Shown piece after piece: positions 55,401 to 63,545 of a stretch of DNA of 64,000 bases (positions within the stretch are counted from its first letter, which is position 1; every line of letters starts with the position of its first letter). A model generated the notes under the pieces. The model was not told the origin of the DNA and did no database searches. It was given only the letters and a program-made list of their open reading frames with translations. The position numbers were made by a program, and so were the translations under genes. The stretch comes from Octopus sinensis (lineage: Eukaryota): positions 13,826,001 through 13,890,000 of the forward strand of contig NC_043013.1 of the NCBI RefSeq assembly GCF_006345805.1, written 5' to 3'.

Positions 55401-58400
55401 AAAACTTCTAGACATCAAAAGAAATCCATCTGACCTGTTAAGAGGTGATGCATAAACTGTTATCAGTGGAAAAGCACACCCATTACTGCCATCGACATCC
55501 GAGATGACAAGCCTACCTTCCGAGTCTTTGACTATTGCTCTTACTTTGAAGCCCAGACTCTTCTGAAAAAGCACCATGGTACTACCTCTACCCATTCTTG
55601 GCAGATATGAAGAAAAATAAATGTTGAATTGTCTGCCAAACATGTGCTGGAGGGCCTGTGGGTTGTGGAGTCTGGTCTCATTGATGGCTACGATATGCAC
55701 ATTCTGTGACTGCATGTCATTTAACAGGTAGCCTTGTTTCCAAGACGACCCCGAGCTAACATTTCAAAGTAAAAAGGAATATAAAATTTTTCCTGTATAT
55801 AGTAACCATTCAGGTAGTTGTAAAAAACCTGGCAAAATTCAAAGGAGAAAGAAAAGGTCAATCAGCATCATGCTAACCAGGAGAACCTTGTTTTTCAAAA
55901 GGGTTTGACCTTACGTAAGTGGACCAACCTAAAAGGTACCTTCAATATTGTGATAGGAACATTAGACAGTGCTGATGCAGATGACTTTGTAGGATCTTTT
56001 TATTGTACATATGCTTTGGCCTCCATAGTGACAAAATGCTTTGTCATAACTGAGAAGAATAAACAATCATGCACTCAATAGGCATATAATGATAATGAAT
56101 GTATGTGGTTGTATGAATTGTGGTTTTTAGGTTTGATATATTATGTCCTCTGATTAATGGATTCAAGATGCATAATAATATGCAAATTCAAGGACAATTT
56201 GAAATTGACCACATGGAAATATTTATTACTATTGCTAAAATCAGGTACAGCAAACATTAATAATTGCCAAAATATTATATAGATTTAAATGCTCATAAAA
56301 ATGAAGATATAAAGGTTAAGAAACCTGAAGAATAGCTTCACAGATATTCAGGCTACAATTCTATTCAAATTTTGGTAAGATGTGAAGCATAATGTCAAAG
56401 ATTCTGGTTTGAATTCTGTTCAAGTTCAGAACTGTAAAGTGAAATCAAACTGTTCTCACATCAAAGTCCCAGGTCACTCATAGCAAAATTCTCCTCCTTT
56501 AGCAAACCAAAACTTCTTACTTCATAGCTGATGAACAGACACTAGTCTAGTACATCACGTTAAAGGGGTGAACAGTTGAAGCAAAACTAGATGGATCCAA
56601 CCATCACTGGGTAGTTAAAAGTAAAAAGCTACAATGTGGGCAGTTAAAGTTCCAGAGTGATCATGCTTCTGCTACAGGCTTAAAAAATGTAAACCATATC
56701 CTTAATTCTCTTGGGCTCAAGATCACAATAGAAACAGTTATGAAAGTGGTTAATTTCCAGCATGTCACATTAGACTACCACAATGGTACCTATAGACCCT
56801 CTTAGAAATTGAATGAGAAGCTTCCATATATTAATATTGGTTTCTGCCATCCAGCCATAGTTTCAGGAACTTGGTCAAGATGTTAGCTGAGGAATCACCA
56901 ACATATTTTCAAATGAGATTTTTCATGTTGTAGCTCCATATTACAAAGAAACCCTAATCAGGTGTGGTTTAATGATTAGATTAGATATATATATACCCAT
57001 CATTCCTTCCAGTTTTTTCTGAGGATTAGCAGTGAGGTTTTCCTCAACTCATGGTGTGAAACTGATTGGCTGCAATGAGAATATAAAGGCAAGGGTTAAT
57101 TTAAGAGATAGTGCAAGAAATATGTAGCCAACTTGAGAACATGAGAGGGAAGCAGAGCTAAGGGTGTTGATAGATTGATAGACTGAATGAATGATTTCTG
57201 CATATTAAATTAATATCAATGCCCAGTATACTAATTAGTCATAAATTCTAATCTAAATCATACCAGCTTGAAATGATAACACATACCTATGATGTTCTTT
57301 TGAATTTTTCAGCTAAATACATACCTAACAGATACTTGTGAAGAATTTTTAAATAAATTCTTGAAAAACATCCATCAAGAAGAAGGTTAAGTACTAATAT
57401 TATTATCAATTTTATTGCTATTTACTTTTAATTTGCACATTTGTTACAGTCACCTGCAAAGACACATGCAGCATCCTTGGGCAAGTGAAGGATGAAAGAT
57501 GTTTCATATGATTGAAAGCTTGGGTAGGAGAAGTGGCAGGGGCAGTTGCAAAATATCTACATGTAATACAACAGAAACATTTAAATATCGATTTTTTATC
57601 ATACCTAGGGCACCTACAATAGCAGGAATAGTTCTAAGGCAGTGAGCTGGCAGAAATGTTAGCATGCCAGATGAAATACATAGCAGTATTTCGTCTGTCT
57701 TTACGTTCTGAGTTCAAATTCCACCGAGGTTAACTTTACCTTTCATCTTTTGGAGTTGATAAATTAAAGTACCAGTTGCTAGTCAACTGCCCTCTCACCC
57801 AAAACAATTTGGGGCCCTGTACCTAGAGTAGAAAAGAATAACAGAAACAGTTCTTGCTTTAAGATGCCACATCTGTATTTCAATTTCTAGGTCTTTATAT
57901 TTACTTAATTTACCCTATACCTTTACATATATTTTCGTATCATTGGGAACACTTACATCTATTAGTCAAAAAGTATTTTCTTCCCTGTCTTTAATGACTA
58001 TGTCTCATTGATTAATCTGGATCATTCTGTCAGTGTTGACTGGAAAATCCCAGAGGATAGCGATATTTTTACCTTCAACGACTGGCTTAGGATGATGTTC
58101 ATACCAGCAAGCAGGAGTGCTGATTTTGTAGTGTTTACATATTTTCCACTGTAAATCATGATCATTTTTGTATTTTTGTATTCGTTTGGTGTCAGCTCAG
58201 AACATCTTGAGACAAGATGGTCTATTGTTTCAGCAAATGTGTCACAGAAACTGCATTTATAGTCAGAAACGTTTTGAAAAAACTTAGCCTGGAAATTTTT
58301 TTGTAAGCAATCATTGTTCTTGTGCCGTGAATATGAAACCTTGGGTCTTTGCTTTCATTCCTGAACTTCTCAGCCACTGATGGGTTGTTGTTTGATCTAC

Positions 58401-61400
58401 ATCAGTATTTTGACTTCTAAGTATGTAGAAGTATATAGCAGAGGCTTCTAACTCCACTGCTCCTCGTTTTGTTTCTGTCCATTCGTTTTTGTAGTCTGCC
58501 CAATTTGTTTTGCTTGTTTGGTAGCAGTGTTTTAAGGTTCTTCAACTAATTCAGGATTAATGCCAAGTTCCTTCGTAAATTTTCAAGCTTCCTTGACAAC
58601 AGAATGTGATGTTTTGCTACTTTCATGTTTGCACACAAGCTGCAGCATCCAGTCCATTGTGCAGTTCTAACTGCATGATTTCTCTTCATTTCATTACTTC
58701 TAGGTAGGTACAGACAAACAACATCTGCTTTTGGACGATGCATTTTCTTAGTTGTTAGTAGTTTTCTTTTTTTCCTGTCCAGGCATTGGAGCTCTGTAAG
58801 ATTCCAGTTAATGATCTTAAAGCTGTAATGGACCACTAGAAGTGCCAGGGTGTTAATGGCTATGATGCAAATTTTGGAGTTGAGTTCAGTTTTTAGTTTG
58901 TGTCTTATTCTCCTGTAATACTCCTTCCTTAGTTTTTTCTTTCATAGTAGCATGTTGTATACCATCTCCTTCATTTATCCCAAGTATTTGTAATTTTCTT
59001 GTGGGTCAAGCTCCTTGATGGTAGTGTCGGTATCTAATTTAATGGAAACTGTTTGCCTGAACTTGCCACTTACAAAAGTTGATTTAACACACTTATCAAG
59101 GCCAAAATCCATCCCAATGTCATTGCTGAACTCCTTAACGGCTGTTAGCAACCCTACTAGCTCTTCGTCATTTATAGCAAACAGCTTCAGATCGTTCATA
59201 TCAAACAGATGGTTTATTGTAGTACTATAAACTTTGAACCATACCTGGTGTTATTGAGTTCATTTGAGAAGTGGATCAATGCCATTTTCAATCATTACTA
59301 TGCTAACTAATTATTGTTGTTGTTGTTGTTGTTATTATTGTAGGCAGAGAGCTGGCAGAATCGTCAGCAAACTGGGCAAAATGCTGATCAGTATTTTGTC
59401 TGCTTTAATGTTCAGAGTTCAAATGTTGCTGGGATTGACTTTGCCTTTTATCCTTTTAGGGCTGATAAATTAAGTACCAGTTATGCACTGGTGTCAATTT
59501 AATCGACTGGTCCCCCTTCCCCACCCATTTTTAGGCCTTGTGTCTATAGTAGAAAGGATTATCATTATTGTTGTTGTTGTTATAATTTCAAAAGGATTGA
59601 TGTAACTCTTCACAAAGGTAAATAGACAATAAGAGTGCAACGCAATTGCATTAGATGTTAAAACCAAAATTTGAATGAGGAAACCAGCGTTTCCATGTTG
59701 ATGGAGTGATATCATCTGTCTTCAATCTTCAAGCTTACAACTGGCTAAAAGAAAAAGAAAGAGAAAAATGTAATGGATAAAGAAATATATTTAATCAAAC
59801 AGTTTTGTGCAAATATGATGAAATTCTAATGTCATTTTATTTATCCCTCGTGCATTTTGAATACTGAAAGTGTAGCAGATTCTGAATATTACCTGAGAAT
59901 TTGCACTTTCAAATCTTTTTTCTAAATTCCAGCTGTTCAAACTACTGTTATTGTGCCTAATGTCATATTTCTGCACACAGAATATTTTGTTTAATTGTTC
60001 TGTTGTACAACCAACATAAACCAAGTTGCATTTGGTGCATTCTGTTGCATAAACTAAATGGGAATCTCTACACAGCTCACCATCCATGTAAATCATAATA
60101 TTTCTGTTATGATTACAGATAGAATTCACTTGACTCATGTTGTTGTACAATGAATAGGTCTTACCTTTCTTGCAGCTGTTTTTCAAGGTGTATCATCATC
60201 ATCATTTCTGGCATGGGTTTGACAGTTTGAACAGGGCTGGTAAAATGGAAGGCTGCATCAGACTCCAGTCCAATTTGGCATGGTTTTTTTGAGGGGTTGA
60301 TAAAATAAGTACTAGTTGAGCACTGAGGTCAATATAATCAACTTATCCCCTCCCTCAAAACTACTGCCCTTGTGGCAAATTTTGAAACCATTATTATTAT
60401 TATCATTAATATTATTATTATTATTTTTATTACCTCCACTTTAGTGAAGGTGGAGGTATTGTTTCAGTTGTGTTTGTTTGTTTGTCCATGGACAAGATAT
60501 CTCAAGAATCGCTTGATGGATTTGAATGAAACTTTCAGGGATGTTTGACCCTGTGACTGGCACAAATTGATTAGATTTTGGGATTGATCCAGAACCAGAC
60601 AAGGATTCTGTATTATTTTTCCTGTTTTTTTTATTTAATTTTTGAGAGCAACTGGGTTCATTTTTAGTATTCCTGTTTGTGAGAGCAGTCAAGTTTATTT
60701 CAGATATTCTCATTTTAAAAATCATCTCTGGCTAAACAATGAGAGGATGTTGGTGTTGATTTGGTGGAGGTTTATGCTCTCTGAGTGCTCTTGTTATTAT
60801 TATTATTATTATTGTTATTATTATTATTATTGGAGGCAGTAAGCTGGCAGAATCGTTAGCATGCTGGACAAAATGCTTAGCAGTATTTTGCCTGTCATGT
60901 TCTGAGATCAAATTCCACCAAGATCAACTTTGCCTTTCATCCTTTTGGGATCAATAAATTAAGTACCAGTGAAACACTAGGGTCAATGTAAGTGACTGGT
61001 CTCCTCCCTCCAAGTTTCAGGCCTTGTGCCTAGAGTAGAAAGGATTATTATTATTACTATTATTATTGAGAGAGAGAGCAGTGCATGCCATCAAAGTGAC
61101 ACTGGGGTAAAATATACAAAACCCAGTATACCCATCATGACTACCCGTCTGATAAGGGTACACTAGGCACATGCATCACAACCATATGTGTGCAACATGG
61201 TGATTTCATATCAAGATAAACAGCAGATGACCTTGCAGGTGGGGCCCAGTTAGAATTTTCTTCAGGTCGAGTAGCCGATCCTGCTCCAAAGGTCCCTGAA
61301 TAAGGGTTGTTTAAGGATGTTAAACGAAACACCTATGTTTCCAAAGGTGAATTATCCAAACCCCAAAGAATCCCTCTCAACACATGGCTATGATGCTCCC

Positions 61401-61664
61401 CCACTACTTCTGCTCGTGATCAGAGATGCACATATCGTCAGCCACTAAGGGACATGCTCAACTGGTTAAGGTCAAACAACTGACAAGCAAATCTGTGGTA
61501 TTGAGCAGAATATTTGCTGTAGCCCATCTTTTATACCAAAACAAAACAATGTACATGATAACACTTCCAATCAGTTAAGATCAGAAGCCATGAGAGCCAC
61601 TGCCTGGTACTGCATCAGGGCATTTATTATTATAATTATTATTATGATTATTATGATTATTATG

Positions 61665-61696
<32 letters not shown>

Positions 61697-62378
61697 CACT
61701 ATTATTATTATTATCACTATTATTATTATTATCACTATTATTATTATTATCACTATTATTATTATTATCACTATTATTATTATTTTTATTATTATTATTG
61801 TTATTATTATTATTATTATTATTGAGTGAGAGAGCAGTGCATGCCATCAAAGTGACACTGGGGTAAAATATACAAAGCCCAATATACCCATCATGACTAC
61901 CCGTCTGATAATGGTACACCAGGCACATGCATCACAACCATATGTGCGCGACATGGTGATCTCATATCAAGATAAACAGCACATGACCTTGCAGGTGGGG
62001 CCCAGTTAGAATTTTCTTCAGGTTGAGTAGCCCATCCCGCTCAAAAGGTCCCTGAATAAGGGTTGTTTAAGGATGTTGAAAGAACCACCCATGTTTCCAG
62101 AGGTGAATTATTCAAACCCCCAACAATACCTCTCAACACATGGCTATGATGCTCCCCCACTACTTCTGCTCGTGATCAGAGATGCACATATCGTCAGCCA
62201 CTAAGGGACATGCTCAACTGGTTAAGGTCAAACAACTGACAAGCAAATCTGTGGTATTGAGCAGAATATTTGCTGTAGCTCATCTTTTATACCAAGACAA
62301 AACAATGTACATGATAACACTTCCAATCAGTTAAGATCAGAAGCCATGAGAGCCACTGCCTGGTACTGCATCAGGGCA

Positions 62379-62431
<53 letters not shown>

Positions 62432-63545
62432 TATCATTATTATTATTATTATCATTATTAAAGTGGTGAGCTGGCAGGTTCATTAGCATGCTGGGTGAAA
62501 TGCTTAGCAGTATGTTGTCTGTCTTCATATTCTGAGGTCAACTTTGCCTTTCATCCTTTTGGGGTCAATAAATTAAGTACCAGTACCAGTCTAATACCGG
62601 GGTTGATGAAATCGACTATCCTCCTTCCCATAAATTTCAGGCTTTGTGCCTATAGTAGAAAGGATTATTATTATGGAAGGCACTGTGCAAAAAGAAATAA
62701 TACTGCAGTGAATAAAATGGTGGTGCTATTTCAAAATTTGATTGAGGCCAGTAAACTCTATGACACTTTTTGGTATAAACATCACATAATCCATTTGTTT
62801 TCCTCTAAGGGTGGTTTAGTATAATGATCCCTATCCTAAAGTGAATACCTTGTGGTATTTAATGTTCCTATTTCATATCATTCTGGTATCATCTTTGTTT
62901 TTCCTTTTAATGGAGTCAATTCAATTGGCTGTCTCCTCTAATCAAAGATTGTGATAATCTAATAAATATATAGTTTATTATTAAAAGTAATGCATTGACT
63001 TAAAGAGGCAACCTGGCAGAATCGTTAGTATGCTTGGCAAAATACTTAGCAGCATTTCCACTGAGGTTGACTTTGTCTTTCTTCCTTTTGGGTTTATAAA
63101 ATAAGTACCAGTTGATCACTGAAGTTGATGTAATTGATTTATCTTCACCCCATGGAATTGCTGGCATTGTGCCAAAATTTGAAACCAATATTAATGCAAT
63201 GACTTAGCAGAAATTGTAGAATGTGATCGTAATAACTAAGTCAAATATTTCTGAAGTTAATTTTCTAGATTTTTTCCTTTTTGTTTTGCTTCAGAGGAGT
63301 TCAGAAAATAGTCAAATTTGGAAAATATCAGAACAGTGAATAAAACCTTAGTCTGATAACGACTATAACAATTTCCTTCAATTTTCTGGGGGTTTTTTTT
63401 TCTTAGCATCTGAACTAATTGCATCACATTTGTTACTTGTCTGCTTCTTATTTCAGTAAAATTTTGCTTTGAAACAAAATTGTTCCTATGGGCATTATTT
63501 TTGAACAGAAAAGAAATGGCTTCTCTATTTTGGAAAGAAGGCATG
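1028..63545 (+). CDS. TRPM: TRPM-family cation channel gene, N-terminal part (MHR1-MHR4), 15 predicted exons, open at both window edges; one apparent frameshift in exon 6
   Basis: Spliced GT-AG exons translate to TRPM-typical motifs in the expected order: [120 protein letters not shown]. Phases chain at all junctions except exon 6 to 7. Subfamily not assignable by eye. Confidence 0.9.
2657..3643 (-). mobile_element. Internally deleted mariner element with both TIRs and TA target sites
   Basis: 29-bp TIRs (ttgggtcatcccataaataatgcagtttt, 2 mismatches), TA on both sides; ORF 2709-2957 [16 protein letters not shown]...[12 protein letters not shown] (SPDLAPSDYHLF family motif). Confidence 0.92.
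4609..4640 (+). CDS. Putative micro-exon 2 (type B, phase 0 to 2): [10 protein letters not shown](S)
   Basis: catttcttttgttttcag acceptor, GAG/gtaatg donor; paralogous to exon 4 and its introns. Confidence 0.55.
6280..7110 (+). mobile_element. Highly decayed Penelope-like element remnant (tentative)
   Basis: [17 protein letters not shown] resembles the PLE N-terminal LS..E..LL.KGLNF motif; nothing else intact. Confidence 0.3.
7290..7562 (-). mobile_element. tRNA-derived SINE (family 2)
   Basis: Minus strand begins gcatagcttggtggttgggctatttgccccatgatcataagggcttcagt; same family as 14262-14470. Confidence 0.65.
8194..8269 (+). CDS. Putative exon 3 (type A, phase 2 to 0): [25 protein letters not shown]
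   Basis: ttttaacag acceptor, TTG/gtaagt donor; only one open frame and it is the one required by exons 2 and 4. Confidence 0.6.
9303..9343 (+). CDS. TRPM: Exon 4 (type B, phase 0 to 2): [13 protein letters not shown](R)
   Basis: catttcttttatttgcag acceptor, GAG/gtacta donor; WVQEDIKLR resembles the TRPM N-terminal W-I-x-E-N-I-K-K-R motif. Confidence 0.7.
9529..11052 (-). mobile_element. RTE-clade LINE, 5'-truncated
   Basis: PWELLYAD motif near 11000, [13 protein letters not shown], 3' tail gcagatgttaaaagatgatg; same family as 17041-18577. Confidence 0.88.
11410..11560 (-). mobile_element. Short RTE-type RT fragment
   Basis: [18 protein letters not shown] resembles EYxxPLCxAFIDYEKAFD. Confidence 0.55.
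11690..11888 (-). mobile_element. tRNA-derived SINE (family 1), decayed
   Basis: Contains ctggtacttaatttatc and the ctggcaga...ttag head on the minus strand. Confidence 0.7.
12618..13860 (+). mobile_element. Gypsy (Mag/K02A2.6-like) LTR retrotransposon 5' remnant: LTR, PBS, decayed gag
   Basis: TGTCACGA (12618) ... TCATGACA (13232) inverted termini; then TGGTGACAGGAT, resembling a tRNA-Ser PBS TGGCGACGAGGAT; gag-like [25 protein letters not shown] and CNFILPKK. The LTR may extend left to about 11910. Confidence 0.7.
14262..14470 (+). mobile_element. tRNA-derived SINE (family 2)
   Basis: gtggctcagtggttagg (A box) ... gagtacgattcc (B-box-like) head followed by ttggacaaggcactctacttcac body. 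Confidence 0.7.
16199..16280 (+). CDS. TRPM: Exon 5 (phase 2 to 0): [27 protein letters not shown]
   Basis: tttgatag acceptor, AAG/gtaatt donor; matches TRPM P-T-D-A-F-G-x-I-x-F-x-G motif. Confidence 0.88.
17041..18577 (-). mobile_element. RTE-clade LINE, 5'-truncated, with tandem-repeat 3' UTR
   Basis: ORFs 18374-18670 ([10 protein letters not shown]), 18021-18242, 17604-18014 ([15 protein letters not shown]); tail ggaaagcggatgttaaacgatgatgatg. Confidence 0.92.
18912..20128 (+). mobile_element. CR1/L2-group LINE 3' fragment
   Basis: [41 protein letters not shown]; degenerate RT C-terminus. Confidence 0.85.
20152..21320 (+). mobile_element. Penelope-like element fragment (RT plus GIY-YIG endonuclease)
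   Basis: [40 protein letters not shown]; CGRTNCGTC and NLIYAITC...YIGQTG. Confidence 0.88.
21461..22745. repeat. Pseudo-LTR-like cluster: direct repeat 21461-21605 / 22211-22360 and inverted repeat 21496-21805 / 22361-22745
   Basis: Shared blocks such as aaacttactgctgacaaagg, taagtacaggac and cagcatccagaaatttttaaaata in both orientations; adjacent to a Penelope-like fragment. Confidence 0.8.
23182..23358 (+). CDS. TRPM: Exon 6 with 1-nt frameshift: [38 protein letters not shown] / [22 protein letters not shown]
   Basis: catacag acceptor, CAG/gtatga donor; 5' half matches YVRVS..W.L..PNLLISVTG in one frame, 3' half matches GLVKVAQTTG in another; 177 nt where 178 are needed; TGA at 23302-23304 in the first frame. 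Confidence 0.85.
23401..23608 (-). mobile_element. tRNA-derived SINE (family 1)
   Basis: Matches the 49780-50011 copy (actggtacttaatttatcgaccc...gatgaaaggcaaagtc). Confidence 0.8.
23646..26030 (-). mobile_element. R4/Dong-clade non-LTR retrotransposon fragment (RT plus RLE endonuclease) in a TAA microsatellite
   Basis: [56 protein letters not shown]...RKPDIVL...IIDIACP; (TTA)n at both ends. Confidence 0.9.
26050..26620 (-). mobile_element. R4/Dong RLE C-terminal fragment
   Basis: [31 protein letters not shown]...VLMGTAHIL. Confidence 0.85.
26704..26767 (+). repeat. (AAT)n microsatellite
   Basis: About 20 aat units. Confidence 0.95.
26883..27017. repeat. Near-perfect 57-bp fold-back hairpin with 21-nt spacer
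   Basis: 26883-26939 is the reverse complement of 26961-27017 with 3 differences. Confidence 0.92.
27230..28855 (+). mobile_element. RTE-clade LINE, 5'-truncated
   Basis: [33 protein letters not shown]; 3' tail gcagatgttaaatgatgatg. Confidence 0.92.
28955..29100 (+). CDS. TRPM: Exon 7 (phase 1 to 0): [48 protein letters not shown]
   Basis: gtcttgcag acceptor, AAA/gtaaat donor; GAWII..G...G..K.VG and TIGIAPW motifs. Confidence 0.92.
29263..30476 (+). mobile_element. RTE fragments plus intact-looking 3' UTR and tail
   Basis: Decayed RT pieces 29263-29860; 29860-30476 is the reverse complement counterpart of 17041-17690. Confidence 0.8.
30500..30638 (+). mobile_element. tRNA-derived SINE (family 1), 5' part
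   Basis: ggcggcaagctagcagaaatgttagc...ttctgagttcaaatt. Confidence 0.8.
30640..31200 (+). mobile_element. Penelope-like GIY-YIG fragment
   Basis: [30 protein letters not shown]; same family as 20980-21320. Confidence 0.78.
31374..31548 (+). CDS. TRPM: Exon 8 (phase 0 to 1): [58 protein letters not shown]
   Basis: ggtttctag acceptor, GAG/gtaggt donor; hallmark [15 protein letters not shown]. Confidence 0.95.
31605..31823 (-). mobile_element. tRNA-derived SINE (family 1)
   Basis: aggatgaaaggcaaagtcaacctcggcagaatttgaactcagaa. Confidence 0.82.
33040..33262 (+). mobile_element. SINE 3' portion (family 3)
   Basis: ccgatagaataagtact ... gtgctccagcatggctgcagttaaatgactgaaac...aaagaataaaagaa tail. 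Confidence 0.65.
33359..33468 (+). CDS. TRPM: Exon 9 (phase 1 to 0): (E)[36 protein letters not shown]
   Basis: aattttag acceptor, AAG/gtcagt donor; aligns to KIPIVCVVLEGGPGTL...TPCVVVE. Confidence 0.9.
35314..35393 (+). CDS. TRPM: Exon 10 (phase 0 to 2): [26 protein letters not shown](G)
   Basis: ttatcag acceptor, CGG/gtttgt donor; aligns to GSGRAAD(L/V)(L/I)A(F/Y)AY. Confidence 0.88.
35441..36005 (+). mobile_element. RTE ORF 3' end, decayed
   Basis: DDFCYL...[16 protein letters not shown]; ends gtgcttgagaa like other copies. Confidence 0.8.
36190..41400 (+). repeat. Diverged ~70-bp pyrimidine-rich tandem satellite, about 5 kb
   Basis: Approximate consensus ctgctagactccatccttagaaccacttcctttcctcattatcttcctccagccatgctctctctcccct; ccttagaaccactt-like anchors recur roughly every 70 bp. 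Confidence 0.9.
39318..39530 (+). mobile_element. SINE (family 1) inserted in the satellite with a probable TSD
   Basis: SINE body; flanked by cattatcttcctttagaca (39298) and cattattttctttagaca (39530). Confidence 0.8.
41788..42020 (+). mobile_element. RTE 3' terminus
   Basis: gcacccagtacactctgtaaag...ggcatccagccatagaaacc...ccaacccatgtcagcatagaaaatggacattaaatcatgatg. Confidence 0.8.
43299..43489 (+). CDS. TRPM: Exon 11 (phase 2 to 1): [63 protein letters not shown]
   Basis: cttttctttctag acceptor, AAA/gtaaga donor; aligns to RRRQLLTVF...DVDVAILQALLK. Confidence 0.9.
43553..44245 (+). mobile_element. R4/Dong RLE C-terminal fragment ending in (AAT)n
   Basis: [30 protein letters not shown]...ANRPDI...LIDVSIP, KYKNL. 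Confidence 0.88.
45130..45700 (+). mobile_element. Decayed R4/Dong RLE fragment
   Basis: [17 protein letters not shown]...KPDI; [10 protein letters not shown]. Confidence 0.7.
45727..45942 (-). mobile_element. tRNA-derived SINE (family 1)
   Basis: tcctttctact...gattctgccagctc. Confidence 0.75.
46068..46162 (+). CDS. TRPM: Exon 12 (phase 1 to 0): (T)[31 protein letters not shown]
   Basis: attacag acceptor, CAA/gtaaga donor; aligns to QLKLAVAWNRVDIARSEIF....W. Confidence 0.87.
47050..49232 (+). mobile_element. hAT/Buster (Charlie/ZBED5-like) transposon, decayed
   Basis: BED-like [54 protein letters not shown]; right TIR tttgggaaatactg followed by CTCTAAAC (nnnTAnnn TSD type); left TIR not located. 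Confidence 0.88.
49531..49665 (+). CDS. TRPM: Exon 13 (phase 0 to 0): [45 protein letters not shown]
   Basis: ttcttttcag acceptor, ATG/gtaagt donor; aligns to L...M..AL...K.EFVKLFLENGV.LKEF.T...L..LY. Confidence 0.9.
49780..50011 (-). mobile_element. Full-length, young tRNA-derived SINE (family 1)
   Basis: Minus strand ggcggcgagctggcagaatcgttggc (A box) ... gagttcaaattcc (B box); CpGs retained; tagaatacc repeated on both flanks. Confidence 0.9.
50348..51639 (+). mobile_element. Non-autonomous Helitron with PIF1-type helicase C-terminal remnant
   Basis: 5' A|TCTATTATATAA; [27 protein letters not shown] and [29 protein letters not shown]; 3' hairpin actcag...ctgagt then CTTG|T. Confidence 0.85.
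51678..51888. mobile_element. Tc1/mariner-type MITE (211 bp)
   Basis: About 28-bp TIRs cagggtgtggcagaaata..; TA on the right flank. Confidence 0.8.
51893..52063. repeat. Imperfect fold-back palindrome
   Basis: tatattacatacatat...atatgtatgtaatata outer arms and tagaagtagatcc...ggatctacttcta inner arms. Confidence 0.8.
52200..55760 (-). mobile_element. Tx1/L1-clade LINE ORF2 remnant (APE endonuclease plus RT)
   Basis: [26 protein letters not shown]; [45 protein letters not shown]; many frameshifts. Confidence 0.9.
56600..56990 (+). mobile_element. Penelope-like RT remnant
   Basis: [30 protein letters not shown]....HP. Confidence 0.55.
57313..57385 (+). CDS. TRPM: Exon 14 (phase 0 to 1): [24 protein letters not shown]
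   Basis: aatttttcag acceptor, AAG/gttaag donor; supplies exactly the phase change needed between exons 13 and 15; protein similarity weak. Confidence 0.65.
57440..59290 (-). mobile_element. R4/Dong RT-RLE fragment, interrupted by a SINE
   Basis: MNDLKLFA...[14 protein letters not shown]...YKYLG; [10 protein letters not shown]...HRPKADV..LYLPR. Confidence 0.85.
57638..57840 (+). mobile_element. SINE (family 1) nested in the R4 fragment
   Basis: ggcagtgagctggcagaaatgttagc...; degenerate TSD aatagcaggaatagttct / aataacagaaacagttct. Confidence 0.8.
59343..59560 (+). mobile_element. SINE (family 1)
   Basis: ggcagagagctggcagaatcg...gataaattaagtaccag...agtagaaagga. Confidence 0.8.
59791..60186 (-). 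mobile_element. Penelope-like GIY-YIG fragment
   Basis: [30 protein letters not shown]. Confidence 0.7.
60429..60794 (+). mobile_element. Helentron-associated (HINE/DINE-1-like) non-autonomous element
   Basis: 5' tattacctccac...gtggaggta hairpin, (GTTT)n tract, subterminal inverted repeat ggtggagg near the 3' end, then gctctctgagtgc hairpin. Confidence 0.65.
60835..61046 (+). mobile_element. SINE (family 1)
   Basis: ggcagtaagctggcagaatcgttagc...agtagaaagga. Confidence 0.82.
61068..61623 (-). mobile_element. ~550-bp non-coding element, copy 1, bounded by (TAA)n
   Basis: Nearly identical to 61824-62380. Confidence 0.8.
61624..61823 (+). repeat. Compound (ATT)n microsatellite with 18-bp higher-order unit attattattattatcact
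   Basis: Directly visible. Confidence 0.95.
61824..62380 (-). mobile_element. ~550-bp non-coding element, copy 2
   Basis: Direct repeat of 61068-61623; followed by (CAT)n(TAT)n. Confidence 0.8.
62463..62666 (+). mobile_element. SINE (family 1)
   Basis: gtggtgagctggcagg...tttgcctttcatcc...agtagaaagga. Confidence 0.78.
63007..63190 (+). mobile_element. SINE (family 1), internally deleted
   Basis: ggcaacctggcagaatcgttag...aataagtaccag...aaatttgaaacc. Confidence 0.72.
63457..63545 (+). CDS. TRPM: Exon 15 (phase 1 to 0): (V)[29 protein letters not shown]
   Basis: ttcttatttcag acceptor, ATG/gtaagt donor; MHR4 motif L(F/L)IWAVL.NR..MA..FW..G. Confidence 0.9.

Noticed and set aside
56283-56374. 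Possible additional TRPM exon ending at TTG/gtaaga
   Set aside because: Stops or incompatible phase from the available acceptors, no TRPM similarity, and adjacent to Penelope-like debris
61571-62528. Poly-Asn, poly-Ile and poly-Asp ORFs
   Set aside because: Translations of ATT and CAT microsatellites
63257-63544. 95-aa minus-strand ORF
   Set aside because: Antisense shadow of TRPM exon 15
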